Shown piece after piece: positions 38,441 to 50,750 of a DNA stretch of 64,000 nucleotides. Both the position numbers and the translations under genes were made by a program. Position 1 is the first letter of the stretch. Each line of letters starts with the position of its first letter. The DNA is from Lama glama. Taxonomy: Eukaryota. The notes under the pieces are model-generated. The model was given only the letters and a program-made list of their open reading frames with translations. It searched no databases and had not been told where the DNA came from. Location of the stretch: positions 18,602,001-18,666,000 of the forward strand of contig CM052817.1 in the NCBI GenBank assembly GCA_028534125.1, written 5' to 3'.

Positions 38441-39249
38441 ACAGAGTTTTGAATAATTTATCATCCTAGGTTGGTAGGGATGGCGTGATTTACTTCATCA
38501 TGAAGCAGCTAACCATCAAAAGAAGCAAAACACAACCGCCAGCAGTCATCAATTATTTATGATGGTGGATATTCGACTATGATATTCGGCCTTACATAGA
38601 CTAGGAAAGATTTTGAAGGGTTAACAATGGTTGAAATACGCTTTGATAGTCTTTTAAAATGCAATGTGTTTACCACACACTTGTAAAGTATGATTCAAGG
38701 CCGCTGTCTGAAAACCCGAAAGCACTTTAGAGCTTTTATAAAGATGTCTGAGTTTGGGTAAACACTTCTCTGCAGTCTCCAGAGACATTATTTAACTTAA
38801 GTTCCAAGTGAACTTTAGACCCAACAAACATCTCTTGCAAAGTGTATTTTAGTTTATTTGAATTGGGAAGTAAATGAGTGATAAATTTTGTTTATTTTTC
38901 AGCCACGAAAGAGATGCAAGTTCCTAGCATGCTGCTGTTAATTGGCTGGGTGCTCAAAGAATGAATGTTTCAGAAAGTGCTCAGTATATCAAAGTGAGAC
39001 TATTTTTGAGAAGCTGAGTTTAAAATAGTCCGAGTACATAAATTACTGGGAAAAGCAATTATGAGCTTCTGCTTTTGTTTTCATAAAACAGAAGAATTTT
39101 TGTGACAAATTTTGAAAAATAATTTGAAAACTTAACAAATCAAATTGTATTTGTAAGTGTACATTGTATTCTGTTGTACTGCATAGCTAGCATATATAGT
39201 TTAATCATTTTATTGTTTTCTTCCTTCTCATTAAATTTTCTGCATAGTA

Positions 39250-39475
39250 TTTAAAAGTATGGTTTCAAATTTAGGCAGACTACATCTGTAATCCCAGCTC
39301 TGCCATGTGCTAATTGTATGATCTTTCTAATCCTTAGCTTTATTATTGGTACATATAATTGGTGATAGTTCACTTTCTTCACGGTTACCCTAAGAAATAA
39401 ATTGTCTAAGGTATGGAATACTCTAAGATGTTATTACCTGACACATATTATGTACTCAATACATTTTAACTATTT
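39250..39475 (+). mobile_element. MIR remnant
   Basis: 'taggcagactacatctgtaatcccagctctgccatgtgctaattgtatgatc...cctgacacatattatgtactcaatacattttaacta'. Confidence 0.7.
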
Positions 39476-39995
39476 TTATTTTTGTAGGGATTTTATTTCT
39501 GTGTGTGTGTCTGTGTGTATGAGATGCTTAAAGGCTTAGTCTAGACTTTGGGTAACCCCAGTTCTAATACCAGTCAATTCTAAATTAATGTATATATTTG
39601 CTTTAAATTCAAGAATTTGATATTTACTCCTCATGAAATGAACACACTATTTTAGGTAATACTTTATAAGTTATTATTTTATTTATAAAATATTACATGG
39701 TCTTTTTCATATCTACTAAGAGAATAGCTTGTCTATATCTGTAAGTACCACAACAAAGATATTAGCTAAATTTTTAAGCAAAGGAATTCTTACTTTATTT
39801 TAAATTATAAAACTTTTCAAAATCAGAATCACAATCTATGCCATAAACAAATCTATCCCCTCCAAACTTTTCTTCCTGCCTTTTTAAATTATTATTATCT
39901 TTTTTACATTAAGGAAACAACATAAGAACTTCTATTTTTAAGGCTAAGTGAACAGTTTCCTTTTACCTGAAAGTAAGCTATACAATTTTGTACAA

Positions 39996-40310
39996 TCTCT
40001 TGTAGCAGATTGGGATTTCCAGGAGGCAGATTATGGGGCAGAAATTTACATGGAACAATGGTATTCAATGTTACTCATGGGATCAACAATGGTGGAAAAG
40101 GAGTCAATAAAGCAAGATCGGACAGAGGAAGATGTCTGGGCTGTGATGAGTAATAAGAAAGGTTTTTGCCAACTTGTGGGTCTTTATAGTCCTTATATTG
40201 ACTGGCGACTGAATGGAGGCTGCCCCAAGAAAGGAGTTTGACCTTGAACAGCGTGACTCTCATCAGATGAGAGCAATCGCCGGGAAGATGGCAGCTTCAA
40301 GGTGGTACAG
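39996..40310 (-). mobile_element. LTR16A-like LTR (3' LTR of ERVL provirus)
   Basis: 'gattgggatttccaggaggcagatt...ctcatgggatcaacaatggtggaaaagg...ggacagaggaaga'; homologous to 44205-44540. Confidence 0.7.
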
Positions 40311-41232
40311 CACACTTCTTTTGTTGTAAAGTGGCTTTAATGCAAAATTATTTAGCATCCTGTGTCAGTAGACAAACATTCTTTTAGCCTTTGAATAGTG
40401 GTGCTAGATTAGGCCCTTCTGGGAGGAAAGGCAAAAACCATACCCAGTATATGCATCAATGCTAATCAAAAAGAGTTGCTGCTCCTTTCACAGTAGAATG
40501 TGTCAAATGGATTTAGTCTTCCACTAAGTGGCTATTTGAACTCCTGCAAGCATAGTGCCATACTGGGGAACTAGCATCAGTCTTGGTTTTTAGCAGCAGC
40601 AGTGATGAGAAGGGATCCGTGTTCTTGGACCCAAACATCCTTGGTAGTAATGATTACCCAGTTCACGGGCCCATTGTGCCAGTACTGAGGTGGCTGATGG
40701 ACAAATTCTGCATGATGCCAACTGACCTAGTCAATCTATTTAGATGTTGGGCCCCTCTTCCAGGGTGGATGTTTTCTGATGGGTGTTGACATGTGATGCA
40801 AACAGCCTCACATGCATGGCTATTTTCAATATGCCTATTCCACAAATTTCATTGTCCTCCCATTTGAATCCTCCAAGCCCCTTATCCCTCAGTCAAGCCA
40901 TTCACCAATGTTCATAAGTCTAAATGCATTCTAAAAGGTGGACATTTCCCTTTCTGTACAAACTGCATGGCCACGTTAACTATTAAATATCTATCCATTG
41001 AGAGAATTTCCCCTCACTGTTGTTTTTCAGGGCCACCTCTGAATGAGGCCAAAGGGCAGCCAAGTCCATTTAAAGGTAACTCACTGATAAAACTGTGGTA
41101 GGTGACACAGAGGTCCTGTCCACCTGCTCATGCCTTCCCACCTTGCTCATGTGTAATCCTGAATGAATCATGTCTATAATTACTGCTAAACACACTTGAC
41201 GTTATAAAGCAGTGGGCCTGGAAAAAGCCAAG

Positions 41233-41610
41233 TGTAATCGTCAGTTTATTCCCTTTGGACTAGGCCAGAGTCCCACAATATTCAATCAAACACTAACCCA
41301 GATGTTGCTTTAGAAATATTTGTAAACATAATTAACATCTATGATCAGTCGACTTAAAGAAAAAGAGATTATCCTAGACTCTGGGTGAGTTGAACCTAAT
41401 CTATCCAAAGCTTTAAGAGCATAACAGATTTTCTTGAGGTAGAGGAAATTTCCTCTGTAGACCAAAACCTCAGCTCCTGCCTGAAAGTTTTGAGCTACCC
41501 TTCCTTATGGCCTGGCCTAAGGATTTCTGACTTGCCTAGCCAGCCCCCAAAACCAAAAAAGGTAGTTTCTTGTAATAAACATCTCCCTCCCTCTCTCTCT
41601 CTCTCTGTTT
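41233..41610 (+). mobile_element. MLT2 (D-like) LTR nested in ERVL pol
   Basis: 'tcaaacactaacccagatgttgctttagaaatatttgtaaacataattaacatctatgatcagtcgacttaaag...tttcttgtaataaacatctccctccctctctc'. Confidence 0.8.
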
Positions 41611-43573
41611 TTCAAAAGGTATGTAATTCTTTGCTACAGATGGCCCCCAGAATTTTAGGAGTCTATGCTGGTGATTATCTCTTTAGGACTTGCCATTAAC
41701 TTCCCACCATCTCTTTTCCCAAATGCAGATACCTCCAGTATTACTTTGCTGGGCCATATGGTTATATGGTCATATTAGCATGTACTACAGTCTGCAAACA
41801 CTCCTCCTAAGTGCTACTTAAAGTTGGGAGCATTTTGTTACCTGATATATGGATCAGAGAGATATTCCCAGATATGGAATATCCTACCTCTAAAATGAAA
41901 GGGGTGCAATAGGCATTATAGTTAGTTCTTAGTGGTGGGAGGTACAAAATGCAAAAATTTATCCTTTACATTGGAGAGGATGTCCTGGCACGCCCCAAAA
42001 CTTCAGATCTGCTCCAAACCTCACTGATAGAATCAGCCTCCAAATATTTATAGAGATCATCTAATATCCTTTGAAGTGTTTTTTGTCTTCCCAGGATTCC
42101 AACTTCCTTGCTACTTCTTTATCTGGTCTCATTAAGATGAAGTCATCTATCTGTGGGATTTCCATTCGGTCCACTTCCCTCTGGACTATTTGTCACAGGA
42201 CAGTAGAGTTATCATATGCCTGTGGCAAGAAAGGTATAAATGAATGTTTTAAATGAATACTTAGAAATATTGTTTCTAATCTTCATTTTTGATAGGGAGG
42301 GATATATTTGCAAGATCACTGATCACATACTATATACCTGAGGCTGTGTTAATATGATCTAGCAAAGGTTCTTTATTCCACACAACTGAAGTTGGGGTTG
42401 CTACATGGTTGAGATGGCAAGGATTAATGCCATCCTCCAGAATCCCTTTGGAATTTTTTAGAGACATGAATAAAGTGGAGATCTCATGGGCAGGCATCAC
42501 CACCCCAAGAAGAGCACTAACCTCTTCCATTCCCTCCAAGACATGATATTGTTTTTATTTTTCCATTTTGGCTAAGGGAGTGGTACTTTAGAAGGCTACC
42601 ACTTGACCTTCCCACTAAGATAGCTCTTACTTCATAAGTGAAGAAGTCAATATGGGGCCTGCCAACCACCAAATATATCCACTACAGTTTATATTTGGGG
42701 ACATTATATTGTATTTGGGTAGGAAAATAACTATTAGGTGGGTTCGTGGATAAAGTGGAATCACTGTGAAGCAGACTTGGCTAAGATTCCACTTATTGCC
42801 TGGCCTCCACAAACCCCTACTCTAACAAAAGGGCTTGATGATGCTCTGGATCCTCAGTTGTCAGTGCCAGTTTGGACCTTGTATAGACCAGTCTTCAGTA
42901 TCTTTTGAGCATTCTGCTTTCCCTACTGTATAGTTCCTGAAGTCAGTGCCTATAGGTTCCTTTGAAGAAGGAATGGGGCAAGAATGGCCACATATCCTTG
43001 CCATAGTGCCTAAAGGTTCTTCTTTCTGGAAACTCTGCAGCTTCAGCACATGGGTTCTGAGTCTTAAAAGTGGCTTGAATTCAGAAATTAGGCAAGGTGT
43101 TGCAACTTTTTATTGGAGTGGCTACTCTTAAGATTCAAGATCATCAATCTTTATTTTATTGTTTGCATAAATTGAGAAATACTCTCAATACCCCTGTTTT
43201 GCTCAGAGGGACAGGTACTATTACTCAATTCCATAGCTCTCCGTATTTTAAATGGAAGCACTACTGGTATAGCAAACTTGTTGGGGATATAAATTCAACT
43301 TTCTTAACCTTCTTTGAGTTTCTTTCTCCTACTTTTATGATTAAATGTGATTTTCCTGTCCCCTTGCTTTATAAGATTAGAGTCTTTGTATATTGTCAAG
43401 GAGGACCTCAGGATTTAGTTGTTCAGTCTTTTGATTTTTTTCTCTAAATCATCAGCTTCCCTCAAAATAGTTATCCATTTCCTTCACCTTTATAAATACT
43501 ATTTTGATGTGCTTAAAAGCCTCATACATTACTTCCATTAGTGCATTCCCTTCCAGTACATACCAATTCCTAA

Positions 43574-44094
43574 TGAGGTGGGAAGCCCCATGAAAAAGAC
43601 GGCAGGACCCCCAGTCAGAGCCACTGCTCTCCTGTCAGCACCATTTGGTTCCCTGGCCCAGTGACATTATCTCCCTTTTTAACTTTGAAACGGCTTCCTT
43701 CTAGGAAAGTGGAACTTATCTCTAAGAGTCTATTGGTTCCCTGAGCTAACTCCTGATTGGTCCATTTGTAGTGCCTCATTTGCATAGAGCTCACTCCTAA
43801 TCTGTCCATTTCTATCATTCCTGATTGGTCCATTTCTACAAAGCTTGTTCCTAATTAGTCACCTTTGTTACAATTATTTACATATCATGTTGCGAAGTAT
43901 AGACTGGCAGCCTATAAAAGCCTGTGTAAACCTACAGACAGGGTCCAGAGCTTGGAGTGTTAACTCCTCCAGGCCCGCCTGGCGTAATAAACCTGAATTT
44001 TCCAACCCTCCCAGTGCTGCTTGGTCTATCACCGGGATCCAGGTTGCTGTCACGACTGAGCTGTAACACTGTCTCTAACACACTTTGTGCAACA
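43574..44094 (+). mobile_element. Young ERV1-like solo LTR nested in ERVL gag
   Basis: TG...CA termini; perfect 4-bp TSD CTAA (43570-43573 / 44095-44098); TATA 'cctataaaag' 43911-43920; AATAAA 43986-43991. Confidence 0.9.
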
Positions 44095-44204
44095 CTAACA
44101 GTAAAAGTTTTAAGAAATTTCAGTTGCTGCATGCCAAGAGATATCAGTGCTCTGCCTGCTGCTATTAGGTGAGCTAGTCGGCTTCCTTGAACTACTTCTA
44201 CCTA

Positions 44205-44540
44205 TTGCAGATTGTGTTTTCCAGCCTCTGAGATTTGTGTACAGGAAGCTTACCCGGTAGTACCCTTGGGATCAATACAAAGTGAAGAGTACAGGAATGG
44301 GCAGAGGGAGACCTTTAAGCTACGTTGGAAGCACAGCTATGATGAGCTCTGGGACTGGGTGGGCTCTGAAGAGTTGCCTCGGCTTTGGACATGGGGTGCT
44401 GATGAAAAGGGAGGGTTCCCTTTAAGAAGCTGGCGCTCTTTATCCGCGGGGCAATTGCTGGGAAACAGGAATCACCTGAGAACTCTCAGCAATCAAACGC
44501 CCCTACGGCCAGGAAGAGGGATGCTTAGTTCCAAAGCACA
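44205..44540 (-). mobile_element. LTR16A-like LTR (5' LTR of ERVL provirus)
   Basis: 'ctctgagatttgtgtacaggaagctta...cccttgggatcaatac...caggaatgggcagagggaga'. Confidence 0.7.
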
Positions 44541-44551
44541 CACACGTGTAG

Positions 44552-44660
44552 CTGTGCGTGTCTGCGTTCCTAGGTGCGTGCCTACGTGCGTGCGTAGGTG
44601 CGAACGTGCGTGCGTAGGTGCGTACGTGCGTGCGTCATTGCGTATATGCGTGCGTGCCTG
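44552..44660. repeat. CpG-rich (TGCG)n-derived tandem repeat with a 20-bp higher-order unit
   Basis: acgtgcgtgcgtaggtgcgW at 44584-44603 and 44604-44623, partial copy 44624-44635. Confidence 0.9.
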
Positions 44661-45208
44661 GGCCCGGGAGGTGAGCTTGGCGTGGAGCGTCCGCTACGTC
44701 TGCTTTTCCTTGGGTAAGTCGTGTGATGACAAAGCCCTTTGTTTTTTCACTCTGCCTTGTTTTCTCTTCTAAAAGTTAACCTTCCTAGTTACATTAAGAC
44801 AAGCTAGGTAGTTGTAGAAAAAACCTCGGAGAATTAGAGAAGGGTAGTTCAGTTTACCTGAGGCTCTGCTCAGCTCTTTGAGGCGGGGGCCTCCGCTCTC
44901 AGTTGAGTACATACGGGAGTGTGGATAGAACAGGAAAGGGAAGGTGAGTTTCTCTCTAGGTTTTATATGGAGCGTTTAAAAGTATAATTCCATAAAATGT
45001 TTTATTTGAAACTTTGTGAGTCTCTAGAAGATGGTAGAAGTTCACATGTAACTGTAAGTATAGATTCTCATTCCAGAATAAACCAGAAACGCTGCTCTTA
45101 GCTCTTGTGTCTCCGTTCCTTTCCTTTAGTAATCTACCAGGCTCTGACTGAACGTAGGCTAAGGTACTTGGCAATGGGGTGGGTAGGAGGTTTAAAAATC
45201 ACTAATAC

Positions 45209-45823
45209 TGTTACTGGGAAGAGGGAAATAAGAATTACCTCGGTTCTTAGCCACCCGGAAATTTTTTTTTTTTTTTTTTTAACGAGAGACAGGAAGCATG
45301 ATATAAGCAGGAGTTTTATTAGTAAAGTGAAAAAGTAGTAAAAGATAGTACACTCCCGAGAATTGGGAGCAGGCCCACCCAAGAGAGGAAGAATGGCACC
45401 GCTCCTTTGTTTTTCCGTCTTGTATCCTGGCTTAGGGGTGCTTTTTTGGGTTGATTGATTCATGGCTCAGGTTCTTTGAGTGATCAGGCTGGTTGACAGC
45501 TCAGGTTCCTTGTGCTCTGGCATGCCCTCTGGGCAGGTTCTTACCCATGAAGCACACAGAGAAACCTACTGGAGGGGGCTGAAAATGTAATGTTAATTAC
45601 ATTATAATTAGCATTGGGTAAAGTCACCCTGAGTCCTTCTCTTATGCGCAGCTGCAGCGTTTTGATTTCAGCTGGCTTCTTTTGCTGGCCCTCATTTGGA
45701 GAAAGTAAGTTTCTGGAGTCCCTTATCCTGAGTGCAGACGTACTGTTATTTTATGGGTTGTTCCTTTCCTCTCCCGGTCCCTCTCCCCGTGCCCAGTGCT
45801 CATTTCTATCTAACTGCCTAACA
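45209..45823 (-). mobile_element. ERV1-like solo LTR
   Basis: Minus strand TGTTAGGCAGTTAGATAG...GTAACA; perfect 4-bp TSD ATAC (45205-45208 / 45824-45827); AATAAA on minus near 45315. Confidence 0.92.
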
Positions 45824-46869
45824 ATACTATCTTCTGTTACCTTTATTCTGTAGACAACATGACATTTTAAGATGGCTTAATTTAAAGGTATTTGCTGAAA
45901 TCACAGGAGATCATTATACCCACCTCCCCCAAGAAAAGGGGGGTGCTTTTCTGATGCTTGGGGTTTGTGGAAACAAGACAGCATATGTGGTGTTATCCTT
46001 AGAAACAGTGTAGATAACACAGGTGAAAGTGCCTCTAGCCTTTGAACTAGAGTTGTAGTAAAAGAAGTAAGAGGAAGAGTCTGTTCTTTTTTTCTCTCAC
46101 TGCAATTGAGTTGCATAGTACTCAGTTTCAAACGAAGATTCACTTGCATTCACTCACTGTGGGAAATGACACTGATTGCTTCCCAGCTTCCGTATGTGGG
46201 ATGGAAGTAGGTGAATACTTTCATCTCAAGTGCTGTCGTATGTATTTGCCCCTGTGAACATCTTTTAGGTTCTGCCATCAAGTCAGCCAGTTGCCTTCAG
46301 TGCCAATGGTGGTATTTTATCATGTTGCTTCCCCACAATAAATTCCAGTCCTTCCCTGGCTTGGCTGCGACCACCTGTTTTCCCACACCTGTTTCAATTT
46401 ATAAACCATATGCTGTAGTCACAGCTGAGAACCACTGTAGACATGATGTGATTTCTCATAAATATTTCATAAATTCAAAGTTTCCTGCACTTCAAAATAA
46501 TTTGAAGGTGTTGATTTTATTGAAGACCTCACAGAGACTGACATACACTCTTATTATTTAAGAAAGATGAAGTTTACAGCCTTATAAAATAACCTGCATC
46601 AGTACTAGAATAGCTCTACCTTGGTATTTATGCTTTTAAACAAACATAACTGCAGCCTGTGGTAAAATAATTCAGTTGCAGTAATTGGTCTGAAATGTAC
46701 ATATGCTCAGGAAATCCAGGGAAACATGTTTTTACATTGCATTTCCTATGTGGAATAAGAGCCATACTTCACAGAAGCAATCAAATACTCACCAAAAATC
46801 CATGTGGACTTATTGGCACAGTGTTGTCATTAGTATTCTGAGAATGTAAATTAAGTGAATTTTCACAAA

Positions 46870-47400
46870 TCATACTTTGCAAGTAACAAAAACCCAAAAT
46901 TAAACTTGCTTAAATAATGAAGAAAATTGCCTGGCTTATCAGCTGAACAGATAAGAGATCTGTTGAATTTCAGGCTTGGATTGATTCAAGGATAGAAGAA
47001 TCTGTGGCAGGGGCTCTGCTTTTCTATCTGCACTTGTTAGCTTTGTTTCTATACGACAGGCCTACCTTTATTTTGGGAGAACATATGCTATTATTTTCTG
47101 AGCCTTCATGCTTTCCTGTATCAGTCAAGCGCAAGAGTTTCTTAAGGTAACACTGTAACACAAATAAACAGCAATAAAAATCAAGGCAACAAAAGCAGAA
47201 ACCTCCTTTCTGTCCAGAAATCTCAATAAACATTTTCTCTCATCTCGTTATAATCTAAATGAGCATTTATGAAAGAAATATTTTGAACTGAGGAATGGGG
47301 TTTGCTAAGCCAGTCAGGATCTAGCCCTAGGATTTCACCCCTCTGAGGCCCCGTTCTTTATAATAGGGAAGAAGTAAATTTCCCACTGGAAGACCAGGGT
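46870..47400 (-). mobile_element. Old MLT1 (K/L-like) LTR
   Basis: 'ttgcaagtaacaaaaacccaaaattaaacttgcttaaataatgaag...tttcaggcttggattgattcaagg'. Confidence 0.6.
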
Positions 47401-47939
47401 GCTTTTTTAGGGGGAGGGAGGATACATGTGAAAGAAATCAATTTGTATTTGCATTTGTCTCTTTGTCTCCCTATAGATACGTACATACACATACAAAATT
47501 GGGAGGATATTTTATTATTCTGTCTTGTTATTTAGACTTGGAATTGTATCATGAATGCTTTTCCATGGAAACACACAGTCTACCAAAATGTCAGACTTTT
47601 AAAAGAATTGAAAACCAGAGATTATTACTAAGTTGATCACTCTTGCATTGATGGATAAATAATATAGAACGTTTTAATCCTATTTGCCTAGAAATGTTTG
47701 AAGTGACATGGTGGCAAACAGTTCAGCCAAACCTTTTGGCTGTGTAGACGTATTTCTGAATGAAAAAAGGCTTGACCAGAATAAATGTAATAGCAGTAGA
47801 GTGCTTACATGTTTCCTTCATTGTGGTATGTGTTTAGTGGATAGATTTCTCTTTTGTGGCCGTCACATATTTTGGCAATTAATATTATTCCTTTCTGATT
47901 TAATTCTTTATTTGCTTTATTTATTTATTTGGCAGCAAT

Positions 47940-48070
47940 TCTTTTATTCTTGTATTCATCCTAGCTTGAAATTAGACATATCTACCTCTGGTCTGTTCAA
48001 CCAGGCAGTTTTCTTTATTATTTAAGCCAGTTTGATTTTTAGATTTCTCTTACTTGCAAAGCATAATTTG
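47940..48070 (+). mobile_element. Old MLT1 LTR 3' end
   Basis: 'ttctttattatttaagccagtttgatttttagatttctcttacttgcaa'. Confidence 0.55.
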
Positions 48071-48274
48071 TAAATGATTTCACATCATTTAAACTCTCAA
48101 AAATGAAAAGCTGTACTCTGAGCAGTTCTTACCATTCTGGCAGTGATGTGCCAAAAAGAGGCCTGTTGTGCAAGTTTTGTATCTTTTAGCAGGTAGATAG
48201 AATCATGGAGTATCGGTTTTGGAAAGTTTCCTCCGAAACACAGGAACCCATGTCTGACTCCTGGCCTTGCTGAT

Positions 48275-48402
48275 TCCTCTGCTCATTCACATTATCACCT
48301 GTGGCTGCTTTCACACTGCAAAGGCAGAACTGAATAGTTCTAACTGCAAATTCAGAAATATTTACTAACTGGCTCTTTTCAGAAAATGTTTGCCAGCACC
48401 TC
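48275..48402. mobile_element. MER58A-like hAT-Charlie fragment
   Basis: 'tgtggctgctttcacactgcaaaggcagaactgaatagtt...aaatatttactaactggctcttttcagaaaatgtttgccagc'. Confidence 0.8.
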
Positions 48403-48609
48403 ATCTAGGCTATGGGTGGTGGATGGATTTTCTATTACTTGATATCTTGGGTAAACTGACATAATTTTCTTTAGAGCTACTCGGAGGGTTGGGGAGGAAG
48501 GAGCTTGAGGAAGGACTGCCGATGTCTGATTTGGGTCTCTGAGGGGACAGTGTTTGTACATGTGTTGGTACTTAGCAGTTACTCTCAGAAGAAAAATAAA
48601 GGAGAAAAC

Positions 48610-48785
48610 TGATTGTATTAAAGAACGCTGTTCTAAGAGACGGGGAATTCATTTCTACCCATAATTAGCTTTTGCAGTATCCCTGCTCTGTAAACCAGAA
48701 GTGCAAAGCAGTGCCTAACATGATTATGTTACAGAGTGGCTGCCGTTGTCAAATGTGAAAACATATGTGGAAGTGCTCTTTATGT
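48610..48785 (+). mobile_element. MIR remnant
   Basis: 'cagtatccctgctctgtaaacc...ttgtcaaatgtgaaaacatatgtggaagtgctctt'. Confidence 0.45.
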
Positions 48786-50519
48786 TATCGAACTAAGAGA
48801 AAGAAAGACTAATAATCACTTTATCATAAAGCTTTGTTGGAAATGGCCACATAAATAATGTCTGCATACCAGGGCGCTTTTGACCAAATGTCACTTACAG
48901 GATTTACAATCTTTGTTCTAGAATTATTATATCTCTCTATATGTAAATAGTCTTTGTTCTAGAATACTGTACTATATATACATATATATGTGTGTATACA
49001 TATACACACATTCATTCGGCATATTTAAGCCCACGTGATCTGGCACTGGAGCCTCAGTTCTCTTCTGTGCAATGTCACCTTTTGAAGAGGGGCACCATAG
49101 CCAGGGCACCATAGGATGAGACACAGCTGCGTGGAAGAAATAGGCACGGGAATTTCAAACCCTGTGTTTGAGGCAGACCCAGGCCCAAGTGCTTTAACTG
49201 GCACAGGGATGAAGCTTGCTCCCACACTGTCATGAAAATTTTCTACTTACATTGAAGTGATGCGTTGGGAACGATGGCAATGAGCCTAATGAGCTACTCT
49301 TCAGCTGACAATGTATGGGGTGGTTAGGGATGGAATTTGGGAGGCCCATCATCAGCAAGATTGTGGGAAGAGGTGGCAACAATTTTAGAACATATATAAC
49401 AACTACAGTTTCAAATGTGTCGTATCTTGTTTTCTATTCGTGATATTCCCATGCCATAGTTAGCCACCATGTTGAACCAAAAATACTTAATTTATCCCAA
49501 CTTCCCCCTGCAGTCTGTATTATTATACTCCCTCAAGAGCCTACTCATTTGTCTTAAACACTCCTTATATTGACTTTCTTTAATAATAATTTTCCCCAAA
49601 CTTTTAAAAGTATCCATGCATATTATGGAAAACTGAGAGGCACAAGAAGCCAGAATACAAGATCACCCATGATTACAACCTGTCTGTATTTCGATGTATC
49701 CTTATACTCCCCGCTGGTACCTCCATATTTGCAAACAGTGTTTTGGTGTGTGTACATAATACACAGTGAAGGATACATTTTTATGTGATAGTACAGTGTA
49801 TATCATGACTTTTTTCACATCATGAATATTTACCACTTCAAAGTCCCAAAATGTTGAATAGTTTGATTATCAAGAATATACTACACTATAACAATCAGAA
49901 AAGAACTGTAATTCAGCCTTTGTGTGCAAAAAAAACTTGCTTAAAAGACAAAATGATAGTGGACCCCTGGATAGATTTTGGCCAAGTAAATACTAAAATC
50001 CCGTTTTAATGTGCAACTGAAAAAGAGACAGAGCAATGTAGTCCAATAAGCATAATCTTCTAGATAATTCTAAAATTTATACTATTAAAATACTAGCAAG
50101 AGATATGTTACCATGTAATTATTTCAAAGTCTATTCATATACTATGCCCAAAAGAAATTCACACATACACCAATGGTTATAATCAAAATGTAAGCATGAA
50201 CACAGCTGCATACATCCCTTCCCTTGCACTTCCTCCTGCCCTCTCCTGCCATCACAATGAAAAAGTCTTGATGCATATTGCTCAGAGATGATTTAACAAA
50301 TCCATGTTCAAGATGCTTCTTTTCTATTATACGTAACAAAAAGATATTCATAAGTGGGTTATTCACTAGTTCTACTTTTTGTTATACACTGTTTCCTCAA
50401 AGCATTTAAAAAGCTTAGGTACTGTAAAATAAAAATAGAAAATTGTCCACAATAACTCAGATACTTTCTAAAAACTAAGCATATAGAACTGTGGTTATAA
50501 TCTGAAACTGTCTTCTAGA

Positions 50520-50750
50520 TACAGAGATACTATCAAGGAGCCTTCCTTTTCACACTTTCTCTCATTTCCCCTCAGGCCTAAGGATGGTAAATGATCTCTG
50601 CTGTTACTATCCCTGTGGTACTGTATTATTTCTTGATCATTATCCTAAAACCTGCCTTTAACCTTTTAAAATTGTCCTTTTATTAAGCTCTCATCGTATA
50701 CTCCATTGGAGTGTGCCATCTATTTACTAATGCAGACTTGATGGATACCA
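50520..50750 (+). mobile_element. LTR33-like (ERVL) LTR 3' part
   Basis: 'cccctcaggcctaaggatggtaaatgatctctgctgttactatccctg...ccttttattaagctctc...ggagtgtgccatctattt...gatac'. Confidence 0.65.

Larger units (their letters stand above)
40310..44204 (-). mobile_element. Decayed ERVL internal region (gag-pro-RT-RNaseH-IN)
   Basis: Minus-strand motifs in retroviral order: protease-like region near 42830-42900; RT 'LLDHINTASG' (ORF 42330-42539); 'QIDDFILMRPDKEVA' (YIDD equivalent at 42142-42150); RNase H-like 'ggccctgaaaaacaacagtgaggggaaattc' near 41005-41035; integrase 'IDAYTGYGF' near 40435-40460. Confidence 0.85.

Noticed and set aside
44212..44772. Longest ORF (186 aa)
   Set aside because: Spans an antisense LTR16A-like LTR and the (TGCG)n repeat; the CVRA-rich peptide is repeat translation and the start is non-ATG
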